Shown piece by piece: positions 46,498 to 59,895 of a stretch of DNA of 64,000 nt. The position numbers and the translations under genes were made by a program. The stretch's first letter is position 1. Every line of letters starts with the position of its first letter. This DNA is from Macrostomum lignano (lineage: Eukaryota), in assembly GCA_002269645.1 (NCBI GenBank), contig NIVC01001187.1:62001-126000 (forward strand), read 5' to 3'. The notes under the pieces are model-generated. The model searched no databases. It was not told the DNA's origin and saw only the letters and a list, made by a program, of their open reading frames with translations.

Positions 46498-47122
46498 AAT
46501 TTGGCACATTTGATCGCAGGCTGTGAAGCCTGACTCGTACATGATTATTCAGTCATATTCGGTGCAGTGATGTACAATAATTCCCCCTGAGTATACCTGT
46601 AGTCATCGCTTACAAAAATGTATGTTAATAAGATTTTCTAATTAGAATTATCACTATACTCGTATGTCTACTTTCTGTGATCACCAAACTGCTCCGTGAT
46701 TTGCGATGCCAACGCAGTTATTGAGAATAAAATTCAATTGATGCTGAGCAAGTGCTGATCGACATTGTGAATGTCTGATTGCTGCAGAAATCAAATTTCT
46801 TTCCACTTGTGAGGTTTTCCATTTCATACTCGTAATTTACTCAGAGGTGCGGCCTCTCATAACAGAGCTCAGTTGCATCATCATCATGTATTTGTGCGGC
46901 CAAATTGACTCTAAGCAATGTGGTTAAGCGTGTCGAATACAGGATAGCCAAGATTGGAATAAATATATGAAGACTAATTCAAATAGATTGTTCATACGGC
47001 TGTCTATGTTAACTGTACCGGCTATATGTACAAATTTGTCTTTGTGGTGATTGTGGAGCAGACCGTAAGCTATATAATTCGACTGCCATGTCGCCAATAG
47101 AGCAGGGTGTACTTTAATCAGC

Positions 47123-50100
47123 TCAGGCGGGCACCATCCGGTTCTCCCGGGCGCCCAGGTTCTCCGTGCGCAGCCGCTTGGTCTCGTAGTAGAGGTCCTT
47201 GAAGTACTTGGACTTCGCTAGGAAGCGCCTGGCCGAGTCGATCTCCTTGGCCAGCCGGCTCAGGTCGTCGCCCTCGAATGCGGGCAGGTTGGGGTACTCG
47301 GGGTCGTCCAGCTGCGACTCCTCCAGCAGCCGGTGGGCGAACAGCTTGGCGTCGAATTCCTCCACAACCTTGTGGTAGCGGCCGCCGGTCTCCGAGGCCA
47401 GGCACTGCAGGAAGTTGTTGGCGGTGGCGTCGCAGCAGTTGAAGCTGATTGTGTGTATGGCGATGTTTCTGCCTGCGTCCAGGCGGTTGATGCTGCGCAG
47501 GATGGTGCTGGTGGAGGTGTCCGGTTTGCCGTCCGTCAGCAGGTAGATCGCGTCCACCGGCTCCCTGGAGCAGATTCGGTTGTGGTTGCATTTTTATGGC
47601 ATATTTGATATGAGCGGTGAGGAACTGGCTGATACAGGTGAGGAATTGGCTGATGATACAGTTGAGAAACTGGCTGATACAGGTGAGGAATTGGCTGATG
47701 ATACAGTTGAGGAACTGGCTGATACAGGTGAGGAACTGGCTGATGATACAGGTGAGGAACTGGCTGATACAGTTGAGGAACTGGCTGATACAGGTGAGGA
47801 ACTGGCTGATGATACAGGTGAGGAACTGGCTGATACAGGTGAGGAACTGGCTGATACAGGTGAGGAATTGGCTGATGATACAGTTGAGAAACTGGCTGAT
47901 ACAGGTGAGGAATTGGCTGATGATACAGTTGAGAAACTGGCTGATACAGGTGAGGAACTGGCTGATGATACAGTTGAGGAACTGGCTGATACAGGTGAGG
48001 AACTGGCTGATGATACAGGTGAGGAACTGGCTGATACAGTTGAGGAACTGGCTGATACAGGTGAGGAACTGGCTGATGATACAGGTGAGGAACTGGCTGA
48101 TACAGGTGAGGAACTGGCTGATACAGGTGAGGAATTGGCTGATGATACAGTTGAGAAACTGGCTGATACAGGTGAGGAACTGGCTGATGATACAGTTGAG
48201 AAACTGGCTGATACAGTTGAGGAACTGGCTGATGATACAGGTGAGGAACTGGCTGATGATACAGGTGAGGAACTGGCTGATGATACAGGTGAGGAACTGG
48301 CTGATGATACAGGTGAGGAATTGGCTGATGATACAGTTGAGAAACTGGCTGATACAGGTGAGGAACTGGCTGATGATACAGTTGAGAAACTGGCTGATGA
48401 TACAGGTGAGGAACTGGCTGATACAGGTGAGGAACTGGCTGATACAGGTGAGGAACTGGCTGATGATACAGTTGAGGAACTGGCTGATGATACAGGTGAG
48501 GAACTGGCTGATGATACAGCTGAAGAACTGGCTGATGATACAGGTGAGGAACTGGCTGATACAGGTGAGGAACTGGCTGATACAGGTGAGGAACTGGCTG
48601 ATGATACAGGTGAGGAACTGGCTGATAACACAGGTGAGGAACTGGCTGATACAGGTGAGGAACTGGCTGATGATACAGGTGAGGAACTGGCTGATACAGG
48701 TGAGGAACTGGCTGATACAGGTGAGGAACTGGCTGATGATACAGTTGAGGAACTGGCTGATGATACAGGTGAGGAACTGGCTGATACAGGTGAGGAACTG
48801 GCTGATGATACAGTTGAGAAACTGGCTGATACAGCTGAAGAACTGGCTGATGATACAGCTGAAGAACTGGCTGATGATACAGGTGAGGAACTGGCTGATA
48901 CAGGTGAGGAACTGGCTGATACAGGTGAGGAACTGGCTGATGATACAGGTGAGGAACTGGCTGATGATACAGCTGAAGAACTGGCTGATGATACAGGTGA
49001 GGAACTGGCTGATGATACAGCTGAGAAACTGGCTGATGATACAGCTGAAGAACTGGCTGATGATACAGGTGAGGAACTGGCTGATACAGGTGAGGAACTG
49101 GCTGATGATACAGGTGAGGAACTGGCTGATACAGGTGAGGAATTGGCTGATGATACAGGTGAGGAATTGGCTGATGATACAGGTGAGGAAATGGCTGATG
49201 ATACAGGTGAGGAACTGGCTGATGATACAGGTGAGGAACTGGCTGATGATACAGGTGAGGAATTGGCTGATGATACAGGTGAGGAAATGGCTGATGATAC
49301 AGGTGAGGAACTGGCTGATGATACAGGTGAGGAACTGGCTGATAATACAGGTGAGGAACTGGCTGATGATACAGGTGAGGAACTGGCTGATGATACAGAT
49401 GAGGAACTGGCTGATACAGGTGAGGAACTGGCTGATGATACAGGTGAGGAACTGGCTGATGATACAGGTGAGGAACTGGCTGATGATACAGGTGAGGAAC
49501 TGGCTGATGATACAGGTGAGGAACTGGCTGATGATACAGGTGAGGAACTGGCTGATGATACAGGTGAGGAACTGGCTGATGATACAGTTGAGAAACTGGC
49601 TGATACAGGTGAGGAACTGGCTGATACAGGTGAGGAATTGGCTGATGATACAGTTGAGAAACTGGCTGATACAGGTGAGGAACTGGCTGATGATACAGCT
49701 GAAGAACTGGCTGATGATACAGGTGAGGAACTGGCTGATGATACAGGTGAGGAACTGGCTGATAATACAGGTGACGAACTGGCTGATGATACAGGTGAGG
49801 AACTGGCTGATGATACAGGTGAGGAACTGGCTGATGATACAGGTGAGGAACTGGCTGATGATACAGGTGAGGAACTGGCTGATGATACAGGTGGAACTGG
49901 CTGATGATACAGGTGAGGAACTGGCTGAGTCAGGTGGGGCACTGGCTGAGTCAGGTGGGGCACTGGCTGAGTCAGGTGGGGCACTGGCTGAGTCAGGTGG
50001 GGCACTGGCTGAGTCAGGTGGGGCACTGGCTTAGTCAGGTGGGGCACTGGCTGAGTCAGGTGGGACACTGGCTGAGTCAGGTGGGGCACTGGCTAATGGC

Positions 50101-53100
50101 CGCTCACTTGGTGGCGAAGGCGGCCTCCAGCGCCTCAAGCGTGGCCGTGTTGCCCATGGACTCCAGCCGGTCAATCCAGGCCACAGCGGCGTGGCAGCTG
50201 TCCTCCTCGGCGGGCTCCAGGCCGGGGCTCCAGGCGCGCAGGCCGCTGCTGAAGGCGATGAGATTGAAAGCCACCCGGAACTTGTACAGCTGCTCCCAGA
50301 CCAGCGCCTTGAGCGCCAGTTTCAGCTCCTCCATGTACGGCGCCATCGAGCCAGAGACGTCGACAAGGAAGACCGCCCGGGTCTCCACCACGACGCCGAA
50401 GAGCCGCCGGCTGCCTGACAGCAGCCAGTGCAGCCGCTGCAGGTAGCGCTTCAGCGCACGGACGCATTCCGCATCGTAGGACTGCAGCTCCACGGGCGTG
50501 TACTGCAGGTGCTTGGTGACGCCTCTCACGTTCACCGTGGGGAACAGGCCGCTGCAGTACTTGGCCGACACCGTCTTGCCCAGCGGCTTCACCAGCTTCT
50601 CCTCGTGCCGGCAGTCCGGCCCGGAGACCAGGCGGTACAGGTCCAGGCCCAGCTTGGCCAGGCTGTACCGCTTGAACCAGGCCTTGGACGTCACCTGGTC
50701 CTCCTTGTCCGGGATCTCCGCCCGGCCCACCGCCTTGCGGACGGACTTGCCGCCCTGGTAGTCGGAGATCACCTGGCCCTTGCGGTTCCGCTCGCCCGTG
50801 TAGAAGGCCGACTTCACGCAGCGCCGGTTCAGGCGGACGCTCTCGAGCGGCTCCGCCTTGACGGAACTGGCGGCACCCGGCCGCAGGCCGAGCGCCTTCG
50901 GCACCGGCGGCTCAGAGTCCAGCGCGTCGCGCACGAACGACTGTCGGGCCAGGCTTTTCGCCGTCGGCTTCGGTGGAGGCAGCGCCTTCGGCTTGGCGCC
51001 GCCTCCCCCGCCTCCGCCGCCGTCGCCTCCGCCGCCGCCATCGGGATCGTCGTCGCCACCGGACTCCGGGCCGCTGCCCCCGCCAAGGGCCTTGGGGTAT
51101 TTGTCGGGGAACATCTCCTCGTACTTGGAGCGGACGGCATCGATGAGCGTCTTCGCCCGGCGCGAGAAATTCACGGCCTTGTCGATCTCCGACATGATAA
51201 GCCGGATGTCGTCGGACTCGATGATGCCGGTCTCGCGGAACCAGTGGAACCGGCCGCCGGTGCAGTGCGCCAGGAAGCGCAGCGAGTCGGCGGTCTTGGT
51301 GATGCTGGCGTACCTGCCGGGGATGGCGCCGTCCTTGTCGTAGTCATCCACGTTGAACAGCACGCAGTGCAGCCGCAGGTCCCGGCCGACGGCCTTCTCC
51401 TCGAGGTAGGCGCTCACCTGGAATAGTTTGTTGCGTGGAGTGGAGGAGAAGTAGCGGACTGCCAAGCGCACTTCCAAAACACACCAGTCAGCCCAGTGCC
51501 TGGCACCCCAGCCAGCTCCAAAACACCCCAGCCCGGTGCCTGACTGACACCCAGCCAGCTCCAAAACACACCAACCCGGTGCCTGACTGACACCCAGCCA
51601 GCTCCAAAACACCTCAGCCCGGTGCCTGACACCCCAGCCAGCTCCAAAACACCTCAGCCCGGTGCCTGACACCCCAGCCAGCTATCAGTCACTGCAGCCC
51701 CAGATCCTCAGCGGCAATCAGGCTCGAATATCCTAATCCGAAACTCACCTGCTCGGCGCCCTGGTCCGGAATGCCCGAGGTGAACAGGTACAGGCCCTCC
51801 GGGTACACGCGGTGCTTCTCCTCCTCCTCGTTCTCCAGCACCTTCCGCAGGGCGCCCAGCAGGTTGCGTGAGCCGGCGCACTCGAGTCCCAGAATCCACT
51901 TCCAGCCGGCCTGCAGCGAGGCTTCGCTGACCTTGACCATGGTTTTGCTGAAGAAGCGAACCTCACTACCGAACGCAACCAAGTTGAAGTAGTCTTTGTT
52001 CGACATCTGCTGCTCCATCAGCATCCGCATGGAGTGCTGGATGTGCACCAGGTAGTTCACGTTGGCCGCCGACATGTCCAGCAGGAAGAGCATGTTCCTC
52101 TCCACGATGGTGCCGAAGATCTTCCTGCTGGAGCTGGCCAGCCAGTTGATGCGCTGCTCGTACAGCTTCACCAGGTGGCCCAGCTGCTTCTGGTACTCGA
52201 ACAGCTGCGCCAGGTCCACGTGTACATTCTTCACCGAGCCGTCGTGCCAGGGGAACTGGGCCATGACCTTCTCGTGCACCTGAGATTGCACCGTCTTGCG
52301 GATGATCGGGACGAAGCCCTCGCAGTAGGAGTAGGCGTTGGGCGCGAGGATCTGGTACAGGTCCATCTTGTTGGCCTTCAGCCCGTTCTCCATCAGCCAG
52401 TCGATGCTGCTGGCCGGCTGGAACTTGGCCGGCTCCACCTTCAGCGGCTCGTCATGGCCGGGCGGCCGGGGCAGGAAGCGGGACTGCGGCAGCTTGTCGA
52501 CCTCCATGCTGATCTCGTTCATGATGCTGACCAGGGTGCTGTCCAGCATCCCCTGCCGCATCTCGCCGATCTTCTTCAGCACCTCCTGGGTGGTGTCGAT
52601 CTCTTGCAGCAGGCCGCTGATGTCCGATGAAGCGTAGATGAGCTCGTCCGAGGTGGCCGAGTAGCAGTGGAAGCGGCCGCCGGTGACCTCGGCGAGGCGG
52701 CGCAGGCCGGAGTTGCTGATCTGGCTGGCGCAGTCGAAGGCCACGGTGTGCAGCCGAAGGTCGCGCCCGGCGCTCAGCTGGAGGGCGAAGTCTTCGAGAA
52801 TGTCGGCCGGCTGATCCGGCGTGGAGCCTACGACGATGAGAATGGAGTCAACGCCGCGGAGTCTGGAGAGATGGCGCAGCGCCTTGAGCAGGTTGCAACC
52901 GCCGGCAGCCTGCGATGGCGAGGTCAATTCGGGTCAAAGCTCAGTGCTTATTTAAAAACTGGCAGTGAGTTTTACAATGCTGTTGGGTAGCGTTTGACAT
53001 TTTTTCAACCGTTTATTCGTTACGAAGCGACTTTTATCAATTGTGCAAAACCCTTGCTGTGTTTTCAGCAACGACTTGTCAATGAGACTTGCAGTACGAC

Positions 53101-55139
53101 ACATCAATACAGGTGCTAAGGCATATCCAGACAAGTTCTAGGACACATCAAGACAGGCACTAAGACACATCCAGACAGGCACTAAGACACATCCAGACAG
53201 GCACTAAGACACATCCAGACAGGCACTAAGACACATCCAGACAGGCACTAAGACACATCCAGACAGGCACTAAGATCCAAGGCATGCTGAGACGGAATCC
53301 AAGTTCGTTGGTGTACTCAACGAATTCTTCGGAAACGGCCTAAAAACTTGTTCGATCAGCATTTTTCCATTCTAAATGAGCAATTCGGAATCGAGCCCCT
53401 GTCCTCACCTGTCTGGTCATGGCGAACATCTTGGCCTCCTCCAGAGTTCTGCAGTTGACGTCCATGACGTTCGGCCAGAGCAGCTGCAACTCCGTACCGA
53501 AGGACATCATGTACACAGACTGCTTGCTGGACAACTGCTCGTCGATGAGGTGCAGCAGCGCCTGCTGGAGTGTCTCAGCCCGGCCGAAGCTCATGTTGGC
53601 GTCCGAGCAGTCTACGCAGACGGCGACCCGCTCGCCTTGGACGAGGCCGAACAGCTTCCTGGAGCCGCGGAGGCACCACTTGATGCGCTCGGTGTAAGCC
53701 TGCACGGCTTGGTGCAGCCGGTACTCGAACTGGATGACGTCGGCCGCGTCAAACTGCAGGTGCGGCATCGGCTTGCCGGTCTCCGCGTCCGGCTTCGGCT
53801 TGGTCAGCTTGCCGAGCTGCACGAGGTCCTTCACGGTGAGGCGCAGGGCCTCCACGCTGTGCCTCTGCAGCCACTCCTGGGTGCTCTGCTGCTCGGCGGC
53901 GCCAACCTCCAGTCCGGAGACGCGCAGCAGGTCGTGCGTCTGGTCGATCTGCGTCACCATCAGCTCGTGCGGCGGCACCGAGTTGGCCGTGGGCACCGGG
54001 CGCCAGCGGGCGGCCCCCTGCGGAGCAGCGTAGGCGGGCATTCGATAAAGTGTTCGCAAAGACTTATTCATCATGGGGATCGATCCCTGAGGGGATGATT
54101 TATCTGAAGCATTTTCTTTAAATGAACCAACAAGTTGAATGGCGTTCAGCCCAAGTTTCTCACCTGGACATCGTCCCGCAGCAGCTTCTCGCCTTCGTAC
54201 TTTGCGTTGGTGTTGCGCATGAGGAACATGTTGAGCGCCTCCAGCATGGCCTGCTGCTCCTGGCCGCTGCTCCGCTCACCGCGATCCAGGGCAACGCGCA
54301 TCAGCCCCGGCTCCGGCTTCTTGCCGGGCGTCGGCTTCTTCTGTCGCTGGTGACGGCGCCAGCTCGCGTCATCTTCCTCTTCGTCATCTTCTTCCTCCTC
54401 CTCCTCTTCCTCGTCCTCTTCCTCGAACAAGTCATCGGGTTCCGCCGCCTCATCTTCTGCGCGATCCGACAAATTAAAACAAACAATACGTTATTTACGC
54501 TCGTACTAGTTTAATTATTTTTAACAGTAAAAGTAATTTAATGACAAAAGTTTCTGGACATAGGTGTATGTGCTCAATTAGCAGTTTTAGTTATTCTATA
54601 TTTAAAATCCGGTCCTTCACTGTATGCTTCTTTCGATTGAAGTACATTTTAGGTAGAAGTTCATGCAATGCTCAATATTTTTTATCAATACGACCAAAAT
54701 GTTATGCAAATAGATTAAAAGCATTAAAACATTAGAATATTGCAAAAGCCTGTAGCAAAGATAGTGTATTAATATTTCAATTTTCCTAAAAGTTACTTAA
54801 ATTTCGACTTATACAAGTACACTATGTTGGCTTAAAATGCAAGAAAAATCGAGCAGAGAAAGTATCATTTTTTGCTGTAAATTTATGCTTAAGCTTAAAT
54901 AGTCATGAAATAAATAGATAAAGTCTATAAATAATATAATTAAAAGGAAATGTTTCAATGTATCCATGTAGATATGCTATGCCTACTAGTAAAATAAGTT
55001 TCAGGTTTATAGATTTTATATTATTTATATATTAACTCGTAAAGAGGTTATATATAAGGTGTGAAGGTTTAAGAAAACAAAAAAGCTAAAAAAGTAAAAA
55101 ACGGTTACCTGCTCTCCTTGCTGCTTGGCGTCGAAGCAT
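47123..55139 (-). CDS. VWA3A: von Willebrand factor A domain-containing protein 3A
   Basis: Phase-consistent exons 55139-55109, 54456-54164, 54017-53409, 52909-51749, 51417-50108, 47564-47123 (~1281 aa). LMVTQIDQTHDLLR, LYQILAPNAYS, FPWHDGSVKNVHVD, HIQHSMR, GRFHWF..TGIIESDDI and IYLLTDGKPD match VWA3A. Confidence 0.92.
47610..50097. repeat. Compound intronic minisatellite: 21/24-bp (TGATACAGGTGAGGAACTGGCTGA) then ~21-bp (GGCTGAGTCAGGTGGGGCACT)
   Basis: VWA3A last intron; switch of unit near 49925. Confidence 0.96.
51490..51685. repeat. ~40-bp intronic minisatellite (CCCAGCCAGCTCCAAAACACC...GGTGCCTGACAC)
   Basis: VWA3A intron 51748-51418. Confidence 0.88.
53140..53275. repeat. 22-bp intronic minisatellite (GACAGGCACTAAGACACATCCA)
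   Basis: VWA3A intron 53408-52910. Confidence 0.9.
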
Positions 55140-57356
55140 TTTCAGTACGGGAATACGAACAAAGCTCCGTGTTAAGCTAAAAATATTTGACCTGACGCTA
55201 ACACTAACGAATTTCAATATGCATTCATTTAACGAACGTCAAAATTATGCTACTATTGATGCTAAATTGAAGAAATCATATTTCTATGGAATACAAATAT
55301 GCAACGCAAAAAACCTGGACTAAAACAACTATGATCACATTTAATAAATATTATCTTTAATTTTTAAAAATATTTTTACGAAAAAGTTAAATAATAAAGC
55401 TAGCACTTATTACTTTTGTTTAATTCGTTTGTCATTAACGGTGTTTAACTTTAGGTTCCAGCTTGCAGTACTTGTAACAAAACTGCTAAGTTAAACCGAT
55501 TATGATTGTTTTTATAAAAAATTATGTCGTTTATCGAAAGGATCTTTAATGCCGAAATCAATTGAGCCCTCCAATTTACACGCCTTAATTAATTATTTAA
55601 TATAAATGGAGAGACGAAAAAACGAAAGTGTCTGGCATGAGAAATTATTATGATTAAAAATATTGGTTCGTGGTTGGAATCTCTTGACAGTGTAAAAAAG
55701 CATTTTTTGTTCCAGCCTGGCAGTGAAAACATATATAGGGACAAAGAGGAAACATGCATATCACAGATTACATGCATATCACAGATTACCTGCATGTTTA
55801 CTTTAAGCTGACCATGCGCGATTGCTCGAATTATTCGATATTATACATTTCAAAGACGAATTAGCGTACATAACTTTATTGCATGCACACTAACAGCTGT
55901 AGTCAAGTATGCTAAAACAGATTTTTTTCTGGATTTGCTATCCATTTCTGCATTTGTTTATTCATTTATTGTATGCTATTCAAAACGTACGATCAGTAAT
56001 GATCATTCTTTAATGTTCCTGCATGGCGCTCTTTTTTACTTTCAGTAGGCAATCATGGCCTTGAGAATATTAAAATTGAGTGCAACTCGAGAATTGTTGC
56101 TCATGCAGCAACTCCCTTTAAGCCACATACTCATACATGTATTTATAATTACACGATGTATATAGAAGTCCTCACGGTGGGAGAATGCCACACTGTGGAC
56201 GAGTTAAAATTGCCTTTCCAATGGCTGTGCACTTTTGCAAGCACATGCTGTCCTCTATCGCTGCGTTTGCTCTAAGCTGTAGCTTCTTTATCTAGTAAGA
56301 CAAGACTGCTGCGTGTCTTTTTAGTTCTCGAGTTTTCCGCTTGCCAGTCTGCATGGCTTGTTGCTGCCAGAGAATTTCGCAAAAAGCATGCAGCTGCTTT
56401 CTCCGACTGCAGCTGTGTTGTAAAATTGTAAACTGAAAAACCGGTTGTAGAGTTTCAACCAGAGTTCCGACCTGCAACGTGCGACCTCCGACGCTGCCTT
56501 CTAAAAGACCCTTAAGGCGTATATTTGTTTTAGTTGTATGTAATTGAGTTATAATTGCAATGCGCATCTGGTTTCTTGCCGCACAATTGTTCCGTTGGCT
56601 TTGGCAGCCACGAACTCTTAGCGGAGCGGCACTGTAGGCGGCCGAATAGTTTATGAAACCCGAGTTGAGCCCAAAGTCGCAGTCGCTCCACTAGCTCAAA
56701 TGATGCCATTCAGAATCGAGATTTTCTTTCGCTGCAAGAAAGAACAAGCGCGATGTCCACACGGAGCAACTGCATGAATGAGCTGACAGGTGGGCGCTTG
56801 GGCTCGCTGCTTTAATACTGTTCTTTCTTCTCTTGCTCAATTATGCTATAAGCCGAGGCCGATGTTAAACTCGGGTCTCATCTCGAGAAAGGCAAGCAAC
56901 AACAACGCGACGATGAGTGCCGAGTGCGGCGAGCAGACTTGAGTCAAGCGCTCATTAAAAAGGCTTCCCAATAGAGATAGAGCAGTCATACCGCGCTGAG
57001 ATAATTCCTTACAATGTTATTTTTAGAAAGCGAAACGGACTGCATATTAAGCTGCTTTTCAATAAAAGTACAGAATCGCATTTCACGAACATAGCTCGTA
57101 CTCAGAGTATCAGATATGAGTTAGAACTGCAGGGACTAAAGTGGCACCCGGTAACCAAAGCGTCACTCAGGAACCAAAGCGTCACCCAGAGAGCGCATTC
57201 ATTAACAGCTAAAAGTGTCAGAGGCGCAGGTGCAGCATTCACAGAAGTACAATATGACAGAAAACATACGAGTACGTGGTTAAAAATGTGCAGTTGGAAT
57301 ACTAATCGAAGAGTAGGTGGGCAAAAGCACAGCTTTGCAGTGAATACTATAGCGCA

Positions 57357-59244
57357 TCAGGCGCGGAGTCCAGGCAGGCAGCAGGCGATGGCCAGAGCCA
57401 CGACCACCTGGCGAAGGTCGATCGCCGGCCTGGTGCCGCTGTTGCAATAGCTGCGGTCCCGGCAGCAGCTGTAGCAGGTCTGCCCGGCGTTATCGCAGAG
57501 GTCGCGGGCGGTCGACTGCGGCTGGCGGGCGCACGTGGTGGTGTCCATGCAGCCCTGAGATTGCATAGTTTGGCGAATGAGATTGAGACAGATAATGGTG
57601 CTGCTGTTGGAGTGACCAGGTAGGTGAGGAAGTGCTCAGGGATTGTATATAGATGGAGGAGTGATCAGGTACTGTATATAGGCGGAGGAGTGATCAGGTT
57701 GAGGAGTGATCAGGTTGAGGAGTGATCAGGTTGAGGAGTGATCAGGTGGAGGAGTGATCAGGTGGAGGAGTGATCAGGTGGAGAAGTGATCAGGTGGAGG
57801 AGTGATCAGGTGGAGGAGTGATCAGGTGGAGGAGTGATCAGGTGGAGAAGTGATCAGGTTGAGGAGTGATCAGGTGGAGGAGTGATCAGGTGGAGGAGTG
57901 ATCAGGTGGAGAAGTGATCAGGTGGAGGAGTGATCAGGTTGAGGAGTGATCAGGTGGAGGAGTGATCAGGTGGAGTGATCAGGTGGAGGAGTGATCAGGT
58001 GGAGGAGTGATCAGGTGGAGGAGTGATCAGGTGGAGGAGTGATCAGGTGGAGAAGTGATCAGGTGGAGGAGTGATCAGGTTGAGGAGTGATCAGGTGGAG
58101 GAGTGATCAGGTGGAGTGATCAGGTGGAGGAGTGATCAGGTGGAGGAGTGATCAGGTGGAGGAGTGATCAGGTGGAGGAGTGATCAGGTTGAGGAGTGAT
58201 CAGGTGGAGGAGTGATCAGGTGGAGAAGTGATCAGGTATTGTATACAGGTGGAGGAGTGATCAGGTGGAGAAGTGATCAGGTACTGTATACAGGTGGAGG
58301 AGTGATCAGGTGGAGAAGTGATCAGGTACTGTATACAGGTGGAGGAGTTATCAGGTACTGTAGGTGATGGAGAGATCAGGTACTGCATGTAGGTAGAGTG
58401 ATCAAGTGAAGCAAGAAGCAGTCGGGGATGCGAGTTGATTTCACAAAATTTGATCGCATCCTCACCATGGAATATTTCTCAACCACCCCTGTCATTGAGC
58501 CGGCTGTCTCTGCCTTGTAGCAGGACTCGCTGCCGGAGCAGGTCTCAGTGCGCGAAAGGCAGACGCTGAGGTCGCGGGAGTTGCTGCACTTGTAGCAAGT
58601 CAGGCCGTCAGCAGTCTGCCCATCTGGAGGCAGAAATATTCAGCGAGGAGAGCGCGAGATATGCATGGCAAGTGCAAACAGTCCCAGACCTCCGCTTACT
58701 CTCCACTGCTGTTCTTGAAGCAGACAGGGGTAGAAATGCTTCTGGGGGCTCGGCCGGAGAGAGGTTGAAAAGTAGGAAACGAGAAGTATGGCTGGAGGGG
58801 ATACCTGGCTGAGCAGAGGCTGGGGTTTGGTCCCATTGTCACGTGACAGAGGTTTTAGGAAGGTGGGCGATTCCTGAATAATTAATTCGCCCGCTATAAA
58901 ACCGCAGCTGTGTTTGCACTGCTCTACAGGCTTGAGCAGTTGTTTTGAAACTTAGCTTGCCGCAATTCAGCTGCTCAGCCTCATCAGCCCATCAGAATTT
59001 CAGAGAGGCTGATGATGACGCGGTGTGAAGTTTGATGGAAGAGAGAAGCCACGTCTAGCATAGCAGGCACTGTTTCACAGCGAGCATCATGAAAACGAGT
59101 CCTCATCCAGGTGAATTAAAGCGGCAACATGCAGCTCTGTATATTGGCCATGGGGGTTCCGTACTCACGGCAGAGAAGGGCCATCGATGCCAGAATGAGC
59201 AGCGGCAGCAGCGCACAGCCAGACGCCTCATCGACCACTATCAT
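57357..59244 (-). CDS. Ly6/uPAR three-finger protein, predicted GPI-anchored (143 aa)
   Basis: Exons 59244-59169 (signal peptide), 58623-58466, 57554-57357. LTCYKC start, GCM, CC...CN end, hydrophobic C-terminal tail; 12 Cys in the mature domain. Confidence 0.88.
57610..58390. repeat. 16-bp intronic minisatellite (GAGGAGTGATCAGGTG)
   Basis: Ly6 intron 58465-57555. Confidence 0.95.
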
Positions 59245-59895
59245 CCGGAGCCTCTTCAGCCGCAGCGCTATTAGGCAACTAAAACTTGAGACCGAATTCC
59301 AAAATATGAGTCGTTGGCTTATGCAGGTTTCAGTGCGCTCAGAGCATTTGTGAGAAGCGCGCCGGTGCAGGGGTCTATAAAGTCTCTATCCTCTCCAAAA
59401 CTGCCATTTGCTTTCTCATTGGCTCAGTGCATTAAAGCTCCCTGTAAACACTTCTCCCTGTGAGCACAGCTCAGTCCAACCATCGGAGCGCGTACATGAG
59501 CTGTGCATGAGCAGTACAATAGACTTTTTGAGTGCTGTTTGCTTAGCGAATTGTATATCCTCGGATTGCCTGCCTGCTTGCTGCTTAATAAAGGAGGCAA
59601 CTCGCAATTTCACAGCAGAGATAACGGGCCCTAATCATACTGCAGGTAGCAGGCATTGCTGACAGAAAGAAATCTGCAGGAAGCATGAGCCACTTCCAGT
59701 GCTGGGCAGAAATTAACTTAGTCGAGAAAAAGAATACACTGTACGAAAACGAAAATTGATGCGAAATAACCGATTCCAAGTTTATTGTTAAAGTTATGAG
59801 CAGTGCTCACCTTAAAATTTGTTAATATTAATAATGTAGTCTAAATCTGCAGTAAAAGCACAAGACAATGGAAAACTGACACCATAAATCATAGA

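Noticed and set aside
47610-49925. CTGATGA hammerhead core in each repeat unit, with occasional GAAA
   Set aside because: No stem II, stem III or NUH site can be formed.
47580-50089. 774-831 aa ORFs (ELADDTG, SSASSSPV, RNWLMIQV repeats)
   Set aside because: Stop-free frames of an intronic minisatellite; the VWA3A exons on either side splice in phase across it.
56653-56882. Possible small MITE from an imperfect 18-bp inverted repeat
   Set aside because: About 14 of 18 identity and no TSD; could be chance.
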